Positions 22,772 to 34,011 of a stretch of 64,000 nt of DNA are shown in pieces. The position numbers and the translations under genes are program-made. The notes below the pieces were generated by a model. It saw only the letters and a program-made list of their open reading frames with translations. It searched no databases and was not told the DNA's origin. How positions within the stretch are numbered: the first letter of the stretch is position 1; each line of letters opens with the position of its first letter. The DNA comes from Microcoleus sp. Its GTDB lineage: Bacteria; Cyanobacteriota; Cyanobacteriia; Cyanobacteriales; Microcoleaceae. The DNA lies in NCBI GenBank assembly GCA_042408215.1, contig JAYFMW010000006.1:32001-96000 (forward strand), read 5' to 3'.

Positions 22772-25735
22772 TTAACTAATAGCTACAGCCTCCCCCAAAG
22801 GATGTTGCTGCAAAACAGCTTGCAAATATTTCCCAGTATAAGAACGAGGATTTCCCGCCACATCCTCCGGCGTCCCCGCCACAATAATCTCACCTCCCTT
22901 ATCTCCCCCTTCCGGGCCCAAATCGATCGCCCAATCGCAGCACCGAATCACATCCAAATTGTGTTCAATCACCAAAATTGAATTTCCCTTATCCACCAAT
23001 CTTTGCAACACATTTAACAAATGGTGAACATCATAAAAAGATAAACCAGTCGTCGGTTCATCAATCAAATAAAGCGTCTTCCCAGTAGCGCGACGCGACA
23101 ATTCCGTTGCCAATTTCACCCGCTGCGCTTCCCCTCCAGAAAGCGTCGGTGCGGGCTGTCCCAACTGAATATAACCCAAACCAACATCAGCTAAAGTTTG
23201 CAGTCTCATGGCCGCCCTGGGGATATTTTTAAACATCTCCAAAGCTTCCTCCACAGTCATGTTCAAAACATCAGAAATTGACTTGCCTTTGTACTTAACC
23301 TGCAACGTTTCCCGGTTGTAGCGCGCACCTTTACAAACCTCGCACTGCACGTAAACATCCGGCAGAAAATTCATCGAAATCACGTTCACACCTTGACCGC
23401 CGCAAGCTTCACACCTTCCCCCTTTCACGTTGAAAGAAAACTGTCCAGCTTTGTAACCTCTGGCTTTAGCTTCAATGCTTTCGGCAAACAAATCCCGAAT
23501 CACATCAAAGAGTCCCGTGTAAGTAGCGGGATTAGAGCGCGGAGTGCGGCCGATGGGAGATTGATCGATGACAATTACCTTATCAACCACATCCTCTATA
23601 GAGCGTTCGCCTTTCGTTTTTAGGGCATCCATATCGGGCGGCAAAGGCACTTTTTTGGTAAGATAATGTTGCAGCGACGGGTACAGCAATTCATTGATTA
23701 ACGTAGATTTTCCTGAACCAGAAACTCCCGTAACACAGACAAGTTTTCCCAGGGGAATTTCGACATCAATATTTCTTAAATTGTTGCGGCGAGCATTTTT
23801 AATTGAGAGATATTTACCATTGCCTTTTCTCCTTTCATTAGGGGTTTCAATTACTCGCTTTCCTGACAAATAAGCGCCCGTCAAAGATTCCTCAGCCGCC
23901 AGCAAGTCTTCTAAACTTCCTTGGGATATAATTTTGCCCCCGTGCAAGCCAGCACCGGGGCCGATATCGACAATGTGATCGGCCGCTCGCATGGTTTCTT
24001 CGTCATGTTCTACTACAATCAAAGTGTTGCCTAAATCTCGCAACTTTGTTAAAGTTTGCAGCAGCCGGAAATTGTCTCTTTGGTGCAAACCAATACTCGG
24101 TTCGTCCAAAACGTAAAGCACTCCTGTCAAACCGGAACCGATTTGAGTCGCAAGGCGAATTCGCTGTGCTTCCCCGCCAGAAAGGGTCATGGCTGCCCGG
24201 TCTAAGGTTAGATAATCTAACCCGACATCGAGGAGAAATTGCAGCCTTGCTTTGATTTCTCGGAGGGCTAAATCGGATATTTGAAATTGTCGATCGCTCA
24301 ATCCCAAATTATCTACTCGTTCCCGACATTCCCGAATCGAAATACTGGTTAAATCCACAATTCCGTACTGTCCCAACCGCACCGAAAGTGCCTCTGGTTT
24401 CAACCGCTTCCCGTGACAAACCAGGCAAAATTGATCGACACGATACTGTTCCAACTTCTGCTTGATTAAATCAGATCCAGTATCTTCATACTGGCGCTGC
24501 AACATCGAAATTACACCCTTGAAATCTCTCCTTAAATCCGTGGCACTGGTGTCCCGCTTCTTATTTTCTGCGGTTCTCTTTTCCTCATTTCCATACAAAA
24601 TCACCCGCTGATGTTCGGGCTTTAACCTGTACCAAGGAGTGTCAATATCAAACCCGCAAGTATCAGCAAGATTGCAAAGCAAAGACAGATAATAAGAATT
24701 GTCTTTGTCAGACCAAGGGGCGATCGCACAATAAATAGGCGCTTTCACATCCGGCACCACCAACTCCGGCGAAAAAGTCCGCAAACTCCCCAAACCGTGG
24801 CAGTTTGGACAAGCGCCGTAGGGCGAATTAAAGGAAAACAACCGGGGAGAAAGTTCCTCCATCACCGCCCCATGTTCCGGGCACGCAAAGTTTTCGGAAA
24901 AGACGATCGGCCCCTTTGGTTCTGGATTTTCGTCTGTTGGTAATTCTTCAATTACCGCAATTCCCTCAGAATGGCGCAGACAAGTTCCCAAAGAATCAAC
25001 TAAACGTTCTTCTAAACCTGGTTTTTTAATTAACCTGTCAACAACTATTTCGATGTTGTGGGTATGATTTTTATCTAATTCGATATTTTCCGACAGTTCT
25101 AAAATCTCGCCGTTAACTTTGACGCGACTAAATCCTTCTGCGGCTAAACTCGACAGTAATTTGCGGTGAGTGCCTTTTTTTCCCCGCACAACTGGTGCCA
25201 GAAGGTGAAAGCGAGTACCATCAGGAAGGGCCATGACGCGATCGCACATTTCATCAATTGTCTGCGGCGCAATGCAGCGATCGCAAATCGGACAGTGCGG
25301 TTCGCCAGCTCTGCCGTAGAGCAATCTGAGATAATCGTAAATTTCTGTAACAGTACCGACAGTCGATCGCGGGTTGTGAGAAGTTGATTTTTGGTCGATG
25401 GAAATAGCCGGACTCAAGCCCTCGATGGCGTCCACATCCGGTTTATCCAACTGTCCCAAAAACTGGCGCGCGTAGGCGCTGAGGGACTCCACGTAGCGGC
25501 GCTGTCCCTCGGCAAAAATTGTATCGAAAGCGAGGGAAGACTTACCAGAACCGGAGACACCCGTAAAAACTATAAGTCGATCGCGCGGCAGTTCCAAATC
25601 AATATTTTTCAGGTTGTGCTGTCTGGCGCCGCGAACCCGAATCGTATTTTGGTTGTTAGAGTTAGAAGTCATCACATTATGCCCGTTGCGGGATGCACTT
25701 GGCTGGCTTTTTGAGGTTTTGGCGCGTTGGGACAT
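22772..25735 (-). CDS. uvrA: Excinuclease ABC subunit A
   Basis: GARQHNLKN, two GVSGSGKS and [11 protein letters not shown] modules, Zn fingers. Confidence 0.98.
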   Translation of the reverse strand: MSQRAKTSKSQPSASRNGHNVMTSNSNNQNTIRVRGARQHNLKNIDLELPRDRLIVFTGVSGSGKSSLAFDTIFAEGQRRYVESLSAYARQFLGQLDKPDVDAIEGLSPAISIDQKSTSHNPRSTVGTVTEIYDYLRLLYGRAGEPHCPICDRCIAPQTIDEMCDRVMALPDGTRFHLLAPVVRGKKGTHRKLLSSLAAEGFSRVKVNGEILELSENIELDKNHTHNIEIVVDRLIKKPGLEERLVDSLGTCLRHSEGIAVIEELPTDENPEPKGPIVFSENFACPEHGAVMEELSPRLFSFNSPYGACPNCHGLGSLRTFSPELVVPDVKAPIYCAIAPWSDKDNSYYLSLLCNLADTCGFDIDTPWYRLKPEHQRVILYGNEEKRTAENKKRDTSATDLRRDFKGVISMLQRQYEDTGSDLIKQKLEQYRVDQFCLVCHGKRLKPEALSVRLGQYGIVDLTSISIRECRERVDNLGLSDRQFQISDLALREIKARLQFLLDVGLDYLTLDRAAMTLSGGEAQRIRLATQIGSGLTGVLYVLDEPSIGLHQRDNFRLLQTLTKLRDLGNTLIVVEHDEETMRAADHIVDIGPGAGLHGGKIISQGSLEDLLAAEESLTGAYLSGKRVIETPNERRKGNGKYLSIKNARRNNLRNIDVEIPLGKLVCVTGVSGSGKSTLINELLYPSLQHYLTKKVPLPPDMDALKTKGERSIEDVVDKVIVIDQSPIGRTPRSNPATYTGLFDVIRDLFAESIEAKARGYKAGQFSFNVKGGRCEACGGQGVNVISMNFLPDVYVQCEVCKGARYNRETLQVKYKGKSISDVLNMTVEEALEMFKNIPRAAMRLQTLADVGLGYIQLGQPAPTLSGGEAQRVKLATELSRRATGKTLYLIDEPTTGLSFYDVHHLLNVLQRLVDKGNSILVIEHNLDVIRCCDWAIDLGPEGGDKGGEIIVAGTPEDVAGNPRSYTGKYLQAVLQQHPLGEAVAIS

Positions 25736-26085
25736 GAGAGTAGTGCAAAACAGTGCTTAACCATCTTAGCGCTGCCTTTGGAATAGCTGGCATCCAAAGT
25801 CAAGAATATCAAATCTCAATCAGCTATTGAGTCATCTTTCAGAGGACTTAAGCTTTGAGGCTGGGAATTAATTCCCAGGCGGACTGTGGCGATCGGTGCA
25901 AGATCTCAGATAGTTCTGGACTCAGAAACCGGGTTTTTTTACGGAAATACTGCATTTGAGGCTTTAAGACTGTTGAACACTTCGGCGGAGTTTATCCTGA
26001 GCGGAGCGTCGCACCCTCGCGTAGTCGAAGTGTCGAAGGGCGATCGTGGTTTGGTATTTATGCGTCCAGGACTATCAGATTAACC

Positions 26086-26530
26086 TTAAAGAATCGTCAA
26101 ATAAGTTTCCGTCGGCCCATCGGACAAAACCTTCAATCTTTGATTTTTCAAATCCACTTCAATTCCCAGCACTTCCATCGGAATCACCCCTAAAAGTGGC
26201 GTTTTCCCCTCTGACAATTCCCGACACTCAAAAGTCCCTTCGCGCCCGCACAGAGAAATTTTAGCATCTTGAAAAAATCCTCGCCTCACTGAGACCCGTA
26301 GCAGTTTCCACAACCACTTGCTTGAGGATTCTCAAACCCAATCTAGCAATGACATCTTTAGGCAAACATAAAGTAGTCGCGCCCGTATCCACTCAAACAT
26401 TTTCTAGAGTAACAGACCTGATTTGCTCAATTGGAATCATGCCCCGTTCCGCATCAGCCTGATCTATCAGATTTAAGATCGTTAGCGTTGTTGTAACTTT
26501 TCCCATTGGGGTTTCCGTAGTTGACTGCAT
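26086..26530 (-). pseudogene. Clan AA (retropepsin-like) aspartic protease pseudogene, copy 1
   Basis: MQSTTETPMGKV...ENV*VDTGATTLCLP; in-frame TGA plus +1 frameshift in a T6 run; C-terminus PLLGVIPME. Confidence 0.8.
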
Positions 26531-26560
26531 AATTTTACTTGACCTCAATTGAGATTAACG

Positions 26561-27005
26561 TTAAAGAATCGTCAAATAAGTTTCCGTCGGCCCATCGGAC
26601 AAAACCTTCAATCTTTGATTTTTCAAATCCACTTCAATTCCCAGCGCTTCCATCGGAATCACCCCTAAAAGTGGCGTTTTCCCCTCTGACAATTCCCGAC
26701 ACTCAAAAGTCCCTTCGCGCCCGCACAGAGAAATTTTAGCATCTTGAAAAAATCCTCGCCTCACTGAGACCCGTAGCAGTTTCCACAACCACTTGCTTGA
26801 GGATTCTCAAACCCAATCTAGCAATAACATCTTTAGGCAAACATAAAGTAGTCGCGCCCCTATCCACTCAAACATTTTCTAGAGTAACATACCTGACTTG
26901 CTCCATTGGAATCAGACCATCTTCTGCTTTCCCTTCATCCAGCCTATTTTTAATTACTAGGGTTGCGATCGCTTTTCCCATTGGGGTTTCTGTAGTTGTT
27001 TCCAT
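26561..27005 (-). pseudogene. Clan AA aspartic protease pseudogene, copy 2 (tandem, 475-bp offset)
   Basis: METTTETPMGKA...ENV*VDRGATT; same TGA and frameshift as copy 1. Confidence 0.8.
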
Positions 27006-27016
27006 TACGTTCATAA

Positions 27017-27120
27017 TATAGCAATCCTTGCAGGAGTCGTAAATTTTTTACCCCACCCCAACCCTCCCCGCGGCTTCGGGGAGGGAGTAAGAAATTCACA
27101 AATGATTTAGGATTGCTATA
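27017..27120. mobile_element. MITE with TATAGCAATCCT terminal inverted repeats
   Basis: TATAGCAATCCT...AGGATTGCTATA with internal hairpin. Confidence 0.7.
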
Positions 27121-27246
27121 TCATAAATTGCTGCTTTAATTTTAGTATATACAGCGTATTCCAGGTTGATGAAGTAGAGACAAGGCAATGCTGTTTCCTA
27201 GTCCTAGTAGGGACTAGGCATTGCCGTGTCCTAGTAGGGACACTCC

Positions 27247-27834
27247 AAGAGCCCATTGGTGTCAACTTAACCTCAAACCCAGTCAGAGAATGCTGTTTGA
27301 CTATTAAGGCCAGATCCCCCCTAGCCCCCCTTAAGAAGGGGGGGACAGGAGTATTCTTAAAGTCCCCCTTCTTAAAGAGCCCATTGGTGTCAACTTAACC
27401 TCAAACCCAGTCAGAGAATGCTGTTTGACTATTAAGGCCAGATCCCCCCTAGCCCCCCTTAAGAAGGGGGGGACAGGAGTATTCTTTAAGTCCCCCTTCT
27501 TAAAGAGCCCATTGGTGTCAACTTAACCTCAAACCCAGTCAGAGAATGCTGTTTGACTATTAAGGCCAGATCCCCCCTAGCCCCCCTTAAGAAGGGGGGG
27601 ACAGGAGTATTCTTAAAGTCCCCCTTCTTAAAGAGCCCATTGGTGTCAACTTAACCTCAAACCCAGTCAGAGAATGCTGTTTGACTATTAAGGCCAGATC
27701 CCCCCTAGCCCCCCTTAAGAAGGGGGGGACAGGAGTATTCTTTAAGTCCCCCTTCTTAAGGGGGATTTAGGGGGATCTAGACTCAGCTAAAAACGAGATT
27801 TCTCAAGGCTTTCAGTCTTAAGTTGTCACCAATA
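27247..27834. repeat. Four tandem 128-bp copies of the left part of a CATTGGTGTCAACTTAA-TIR MITE, closed by one right end
   Basis: GAGCCCATTGGTGTCAAC at 27249, 27377, 27505, 27633; right TIR TTAAGTTGTCACCAAT near 27818. Confidence 0.9.
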
Positions 27835-27871
27835 GCCATTGCCGTGTCCCTACTGTGTCGAAGCCATCAAA

Positions 27872-28498
27872 TTATTGCACGCCAATAAACTTGTGAGTTT
27901 GCAAAGACAACCGGTAACTAGGATTTTGTTTCAGGAATTCCAATATAATCGGAATTCCTGACTCTTTCGAGTTCCATTCCGGCTGCAAAAACACAGGAAT
28001 ATTAACATTATTTGCCAAATATTTGTGGTAAAATTCTACTTCTTCGCCAGTGCTAACCACCAATTTAATTTCATTGGCTCTAGTCCAAAAAAGCTCTTGT
28101 ACCGGATATTTAGGATTGACGTGTTCTTTAGGAGAAAGAGTAATCCAAGCCAGCGGCGAAACATCCAGCCAGTAAGCACCGGAAGTTTCAATGCTAACCT
28201 GCTTATCGGCTTCTAACAAAGCTTGTACTAACTCAGGTAAATCCCGGTGAATGAAAGGTTCGCCGCCAGTAATCACAACTCTCGGAGACTGCAATTCGGC
28301 TAGCAGTTCAGAGATCGATCGCGCCACTGATGGTAAATCTTTTCCCCCATTTTCGTAACCAGTGTCGCACCAAGGACACCGCACAGGACAGCCAGCCAAT
28401 CTGATAAAATCAACTAAAGTCCCCGTCCAGTAGCCCTCGCCTTGAACGGTAGATTGAAACGTTTCGTGAATTGGCAATTTTACCTGTAAATTAGACAC
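27872..28498 (-). CDS. queE: 7-carboxy-7-deazaguanine synthase (radical SAM)
   Basis: TVQGEG, FIRLAGCPVRCPWCDT, TGGEP, LSLQTHK. Confidence 0.9.
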   Translation of the reverse strand: MSNLQVKLPIHETFQSTVQGEGYWTGTLVDFIRLAGCPVRCPWCDTGYENGGKDLPSVARSISELLAELQSPRVVITGGEPFIHRDLPELVQALLEADKQVSIETSGAYWLDVSPLAWITLSPKEHVNPKYPVQELFWTRANEIKLVVSTGEEVEFYHKYLANNVNIPVFLQPEWNSKESGIPIILEFLKQNPSYRLSLQTHKFIGVQ

Positions 28499-28658
28499 CT
28501 GAATTTCCGCCTCAAACCAATTAATTATGTTGTTTAAATATAGTCAGTCCTGGACGCATAAATACCCAATAAACCGGGTTTTTTGCCCGGTTCAAGGGCT
28601 GCAACGCGTCTTTCGAAAAAAAACCCGGTTTCTGACCACCCGTGCGTAAATCCTATTT

Positions 28659-29354
28659 TTAATTCTGTTCAGGTTCCATCATAGTAGCCCAGCGCCGTTT
28701 CAATGCCAAAGTCAGTCCGTCAGCAATCGGGACAACACTGAGAGTAACTCTGGGATCGTTACGCAATTTGTCGTTGAAAGTACGAAGGGCTAGGGTACTT
28801 TGGTCTTGTACTTGAGGATCGGCAACTCGTCCAGACCACAGAACGTTGTCAATTACAATTAAACCGCCATTCCGCACCAGTTGGAGCGATCGCTCAAAAT
28901 AAACCTCATAATTTTCTTTATCGGCGTCAATGAAAGCAAAATCAAAGGTTCCTGCTTGTCCTTCGGCGATTAACTTGTCGAGAGTATTAATTGCTGGCCT
29001 CAAGTACAAAGCAATCTTGTTGGCGACACCCGCAGCTTCCCAATACCTGCGCGCGATCGCAGTATATTCCTCGCTGACATCGCAAGCCACAATCTGCCCA
29101 TTTGAAGGCAGCGCTAAAGCTACGCACAGCGAGCTATACCCAGTAAAAACCCCAACTTCTAAGGTTTTTCTCGCTCCCATAAGTTGCACCAGCATCTGCA
29201 TAAACTGACCTTGTTCAGGAGCTATTTGCATCATACCCCTAGGGTGCTTAGCAGTTTCTTCTCGCAGTTGCTGGAGAATATCTGGCTCCCGCAGGGAAAT
29301 AGATAACAGATAGTTGTAAAGTTGATTTTCCAGGCAAATAGTTGAGTTCGCCAT
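28659..29354 (-). CDS. Class I SAM-dependent O-methyltransferase (CCoAOMT-like)
   Basis: LEVGVFTGYS, FDFAFIDADK, DNVLWSG. Confidence 0.9.
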   Translation of the reverse strand: MANSTICLENQLYNYLLSISLREPDILQQLREETAKHPRGMMQIAPEQGQFMQMLVQLMGARKTLEVGVFTGYSSLCVALALPSNGQIVACDVSEEYTAIARRYWEAAGVANKIALYLRPAINTLDKLIAEGQAGTFDFAFIDADKENYEVYFERSLQLVRNGGLIVIDNVLWSGRVADPQVQDQSTLALRTFNDKLRNDPRVTLSVVPIADGLTLALKRRWATMMEPEQN

Positions 29355-29698
29355 CGGTTTGTCCTTGCTACTGACTTTTGATTTGAGATTGTAGACGCGC
29401 AGTTAATGGAAATTGAAGACGGTATAGCTAATTTTGGCACTAATTTTGCTTTGGCTGATATCTGGTGACACCAGGGTGTCTCTGTTACAGAGACGCAACT
29501 TGCAGAACGTGCGATCGCCATACATTTCAGTGTATCTCACTCAGTCATCAGTGATGCTACTGCTCTACTGACTACTGACTACTGACTAATGACTACTGAC
29601 TCTCGTTCACTAGGTCGCTTTCCTAACTGTCACACCCTTTCCACCTAGCCCCGCAAACCCACACACAATCAAAACAACATTCCCCAAGGGCGAGCGCA

Positions 29699-30469
29699 AT
29701 GTATTCCACTTTCGCAGGTTTTGGTGCCAGCACAGGCATATTTTTACTATTAGTTTTTGCCATTCTGCAATGGCTGCACATCCCTGCCGGCAGCTTCATA
29801 GATTGGGTAATTGCCATTGCTATTTTTGAATGGCTATTATTGATAGTTACGGTTCCCTGGAACATTCATTTTGAAGCTAAAGAAGTTTTAGCCCAAGCCG
29901 CAGAATCAACAGAAAAAGGCATTGTAGTTGACGATAAACAAGTCAAATATGTTACTTACTTAGCTAGTCGATCGCTCTTGGTGGCGATCGGGCTGCACCT
30001 CTTGAGTGCGATCGCACTTTACGCCCTAGCAGCCACCGGAATTAGTGCTGTTGGTTATCTCAGTTCCGGTGCAGCACTGCTGTTAACCATACTGCGTCCA
30101 GCGATTAGAGGTTATCAGTATTTAGCGGCGCGCCTGACAATGATTCGCAGTCAATTTTTGTATCCCCGCGAAGATATTGTCGAACTCCGCAACCGCTTTG
30201 CTAACGTGGAATCTACCGTTAAAAATTTAGAAGCTACATTCAATTCTAACGATCCAAATTCTTGGGTAGCTGTACAAGAGCGACAGCAGGAAGCTACTAG
30301 AAGAGAATTAACTCGACTAGCAGCATCTCTGGAAAATTTGCGATCGACAAATCAGGCAGAACACACTAAACTCGAAAGAGATGCAGAAAGTGCGATCGCC
30401 CAACTCACCGATGACGGACGCTTCCTCAATCATGTCCGGGAAATCCTCAGATTCTTTAAAGAAGCGTGA
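29699..30469 (+). CDS. Hypothetical membrane protein with C-terminal coiled coil
   Basis: Several hydrophobic segments then heptad-rich tail. Confidence 0.7.
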   Translation: MYSTFAGFGASTGIFLLLVFAILQWLHIPAGSFIDWVIAIAIFEWLLLIVTVPWNIHFEAKEVLAQAAESTEKGIVVDDKQVKYVTYLASRSLLVAIGLHLLSAIALYALAATGISAVGYLSSGAALLLTILRPAIRGYQYLAARLTMIRSQFLYPREDIVELRNRFANVESTVKNLEATFNSNDPNSWVAVQERQQEATRRELTRLAASLENLRSTNQAEHTKLERDAESAIAQLTDDGRFLNHVREILRFFKEA

Positions 30470-30473
30470 AGTC

Positions 30474-30570
30474 TGTTGACGGTTGACGGTTGACGGTTGA
30501 CGGTTGACGGTTTACTGTTGACGGTTGACGGTTGACGGTTGACGGTTGACGGTTGACGGTTTACTGTTGA
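30474..30570. repeat. Heptamer tandem repeat (GTTGACG)n, STRR-type; related arrays near 17507, 29565, 36050, 40175, 45325-45452, 50190
   Basis: Directly visible 7-bp periodicity. Confidence 0.9.
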
Positions 30571-30818
30571 GTTTCGTCATTCCCAATTACCAATTCCCCA
30601 TTCCCTACCTAAAGATAGATGTCAAAAGTCACCGCCCGTGAAAATTTCATTAAAATCATAATTTCATCTGTCTTGAGGCATACTAATTAAATGTATTTCA
30701 CATCAGATCAATAATTAGCAAACTATAACCAAAGATAGTTGGTAAATGAGTTAGCTTAAGTCTAATATTTAAACATAAGTCAAAGACATTTTGTGAAAGA
30801 ATAAATCAGGAGTAAATC

Positions 30819-31235
30819 ATGAGTATTAGCAAAGCAACACCAGCCGACGAAAAAATCGAAGCTAATATGGAAGCTCCCCACTACGACAGGGGTATCACTC
30901 CTGCCGAAACAGCAGCGCGACAAGAGCGTGAAGGCTCTAACTTCATGCACACAACCACAGAAAAACATCAGCAAGATGCAAAAACAGACGACCAAACCGA
31001 TGACGAAAGCATTCACACCACAGAGGGCTATACAGTAGATCAAGAAGGTCTCGTCAACAATTATGCGATCGAACCGGAAATGTACATCAACGAACCGGGT
31101 GACTTGAGAGAAAAACAGGAAGCCGAAGCCCTAGAACGCGGTCGATTTCTGGTAGAACTCAAAGCTCAAAGAGGTGAGGAAGGAGAACTGACAATGGAAG
31201 GAGACACCCGGGGAAAAGGCCCAGGAATGATCTAA
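30819..31235 (+). CDS. Acidic hypothetical protein carrying a Psb34/HliA-like motif
   Basis: YTVDQEGLVNNYAIEPEMY; GGAG RBS. Confidence 0.75.
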   Translation: MSISKATPADEKIEANMEAPHYDRGITPAETAARQEREGSNFMHTTTEKHQQDAKTDDQTDDESIHTTEGYTVDQEGLVNNYAIEPEMYINEPGDLREKQEAEALERGRFLVELKAQRGEEGELTMEGDTRGKGPGMI

Positions 31236-31327
31236 ATTGTCTAGTTTGGAGTTGCGCCCAAGCGCTATGTGAGTTTTGAATTTAACCTTAAATTCAAAAC
31301 TCGCTCGCTCGCGCACTCAACAATTTT

Positions 31328-31676
31328 ATAGCAGCCCCGCAGCATTTCGGCATCAGCTTTCCGCTGGTTGTTGGCCGCCATATAAGAAACCCTTGCACCG
31401 CCACCGGACGACGGGTTAGAAGCTGCGCTAGCTTGAATTTCCTTTCGCTACATCGCCCATGCGATCACGCTTGTTGATCCCATCAATGGTTTGGACTTGA
31501 CTGAGATCATCCGGGACAGCCAGGACTTCCAGGGCGCGCGATCGCAATTAGCCCACCACCAAGTCGCGAATTTGGATCATTTCCCTAGCTTTGATAGTGT
31601 CGCCGGCTACTTTTCCCCAGTAGATCGTACCGTTTTCAGAGTTGCCGTAACCGGCTGATAGAAAAATTCGCGCCAT
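31328..31676 (-). pseudogene. Decayed N-terminal fragment of an N-acetylmuramoyl-L-alanine amidase-like (TftA-like) gene
   Basis: Manual translation MARIFLSAGYG...REMIQIRDLVVG*LRSRALEVLAVPDDLS. Confidence 0.6.
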
Positions 31677-31798
31677 ATTGTCTTTCAACTTCAGCTTTTA
31701 GAGTTTTGATTTTATTAGGACTTACGCACTGTCTCGCGCTTTAGAACCCCGACTTCTTAAAGAAGTCAGGGATCTGGTATTCTGTTTTTTACAGTATC

Positions 31799-32353
31799 TC
31801 AAGCCCTAACATTTTGCATCAGCCAATTAAACTTAGCCTGAGCTAGCGCCAAATTCTCCATCACACTCGGATTGATATCCTCCCGTACTAATTCTGGTTC
31901 TTCCAATTCTATATTACGACCGTATTCTATATGTCTGACCGTACCGCGCATTCTATCTGCCAGACACAGAGAAATTCCATAATAAAACCGGGAAGCAAAG
32001 CCCAGATCCTGTTGAAGTTTGATGATTAACTGTCGCCGTGGAATTGCCAGCAACTCAGTTTTTTCGATCGCCTTCACCGTTGCCAAAGGAGGTCGAGCAT
32101 CAATGAAAGAAACTTCTCCGACAATTTCTCCGCTCGCTATTTTAGCAAGTTCTTTAGTACCCTCACCATCGATCAAAACGATCAAAGCCCCCTTCAATAC
32201 AATGTATAGGGCATCGATTTGTCTCCCTTCATGGATCAGTATCCTGCCGGGGTCGATCACTTCCTTTTTGCCTTTGTGGACGATCCAGTTTATGTCGTCA
32301 TTATTTAACTGGCTCAAAATGAAAAGTGCTTTTTTTCTACGGCTGTCGGTCAT
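31799..32353 (-). CDS. Cyclic-nucleotide-binding domain protein
   Basis: LYIVLKG, GEIVGEVSFID..PPLATVKA. Confidence 0.85.
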   Translation of the reverse strand: MTDSRRKKALFILSQLNNDDINWIVHKGKKEVIDPGRILIHEGRQIDALYIVLKGALIVLIDGEGTKELAKIASGEIVGEVSFIDARPPLATVKAIEKTELLAIPRRQLIIKLQQDLGFASRFYYGISLCLADRMRGTVRHIEYGRNIELEEPELVREDINPSVMENLALAQAKFNWLMQNVRA

Positions 32354-32674
32354 AAATTTAGCTCCCGCTTTTTTTTATAAAAATTCAAGACCGCGCGATT
32401 GTAACTGTTTTCATAGCAACCACTTCTGGGCCAGTACAGTTTTTGCTCTTGCCTAACTTTTTTGCCAAATGCTTCTAGCGCGACTTTTACGCAGGGTAGA
32501 TGAATTAAGCTGATGAATAATCTGTCAATAATAGCATTTGTTCAACAAATTTTTGACTCCCTCGCCTTGAGCAACTCGTGTTAACTTTTCGTTTCAAAAG
32601 CAATGGGCGAGGGTTCGCTCCCCGCAATCTGGGATGGGGCGCGGGACACAATTCACCGCGCCCAGTCTTTCTAG

Positions 32675-33655
32675 CTAAATCGATCGCAAATCGGCATAGC
32701 CAGCCAACATATCGTCAGCAGTCAGAGTGTCGCCACTAGCTTGAGGAGTCCACAGCACCTCAACCGCCAGCAACTGCTCGCTCGATACTCCCCCAATTTG
32801 GCGCAAAGCTTGACGCAAATCATCGGAATTTTTGACTGTGGGCAATTGCAGTTTACCTTGAGTACCGACGAGCACCGTCACCACAATATATTCGCCTGGA
32901 GCTTGATTTAAATCCGCACCAACCAGTTCGCCATTTTCCTGCAAACTTGGCAGTATTTTGTTGCTCCCTGATTGCCGAAGCTGGTTGTTAAAATTCGATA
33001 GCGTTTCTTCAGTAAACTTACTGCGTTCTGCCAAAGAAAATTGATTAAATTTAGCTTCTGCTGCTTCCAAGCGAGTTTGCACAGATTCAGCACCCGCGTA
33101 AACCCAATATTCTGGATGCCGCAACAAGGCGAGAGTAGATTCTTGGATCACTTGAGCGCGGCCCGTTGCTGTATCGGTATCCGCTTTGAGTGCTAAGGAG
33201 TCGAGTTCCGATTGCAGGCCGCGGGCCTCTGCTAGCAAACCGACTTGCAAACGAGCCACAGAGACGGTTGTAGGGGCGCTGTAGCCTAGTTCGTTAGTTT
33301 CGCCCCCAGCGCGACGGAAGCTTTGGACTAGGAAATTCGCGATCGAAATAAAAATCAAAATCGAAAACAGGCCGCCAAAGCCGCCCCCAAACCCAAAAAA
33401 GGGCAGCAAGAACGGGAAACCGAAGCCGCCACCAAAGCCACCGCCCCCGTAGTAACCGCCTCCCGACGGTGCGTAAGTGCGACTCGGAGACGAGTAACTG
33501 CGCGCTGGAGCCCTAAAAGATCCCCCGCCCATGCGTCCCCCGCTGCGGGCAGCCAGGGCTCCGTCAGCGTTACCCAGGGCTAGGGTGAGTACCAGCCCGA
33601 TCGCAAATAGTGATTTCAAAAGTGGTTTGAGTGTTGAAATTAGTTGCTTGTACAT
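32675..33655 (-). CDS. DUF1517 domain membrane protein
   Basis: SGGRMGGGSF Gly-rich N-terminus, LLRHPEYW, VEVLWTPQ. Confidence 0.85.
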   Translation of the reverse strand: MYKQLISTLKPLLKSLFAIGLVLTLALGNADGALAARSGGRMGGGSFRAPARSYSSPSRTYAPSGGGYYGGGGFGGGFGFPFLLPFFGFGGGFGGLFSILIFISIANFLVQSFRRAGGETNELGYSAPTTVSVARLQVGLLAEARGLQSELDSLALKADTDTATGRAQVIQESTLALLRHPEYWVYAGAESVQTRLEAAEAKFNQFSLAERSKFTEETLSNFNNQLRQSGSNKILPSLQENGELVGADLNQAPGEYIVVTVLVGTQGKLQLPTVKNSDDLRQALRQIGGVSSEQLLAVEVLWTPQASGDTLTADDMLAGYADLRSI

Positions 33656-34011
33656 AAGACCTTTAGCATTTAATACATATATAATTTACAGTCTATCCTC
33701 CCCTGTGGGGAGCCCCGTTGCAGGTGTGAACCCGGTGAGATATCCGTACCCATTGGTGTCAGCTTCAGACTCAAACCCTTTGTCTCTGTCGCTTGTAGTC
33801 GAGCGGAGGGTACGGGGAGTAGGGGTAGCACTACCCCTACTTAAAAATGAAGCAGCCCTGCCCTTTGTAGGGGCGGTGCCTGTGAGTGCCCGCCCGCTTT
33901 TACAGAACTTTACTTAACCGGCGGGCGATCGGCTTTCAATAAGCTTTAGACTTTTAAAGAAATGCTGCTAGTCCTTAAAATCAGGACTGTATTTACCGTT
34001 AAAAAAACATT

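Noticed and set aside
26086..27005. Selenocysteine or programmed read-through at the shared TGA
   Set aside because: Position corresponds to a hydrophobic residue rather than Cys, and a frameshift follows
27247..27834. CRISPR array
   Set aside because: Units are near-identical over their whole 128 bp; no unique spacers and no cas genes
27872..28498. queE plus folE as a 7-deazaguanine DNA-modification (dpd) system
   Set aside because: Genes are 13 kb apart in unrelated contexts; no dpdA, queC or queD seen
33690..33900. Riboswitch upstream of the DUF1517 gene or hemB
   Set aside because: No recognisable aptamer consensus; contains MITE TIR and REP fragments
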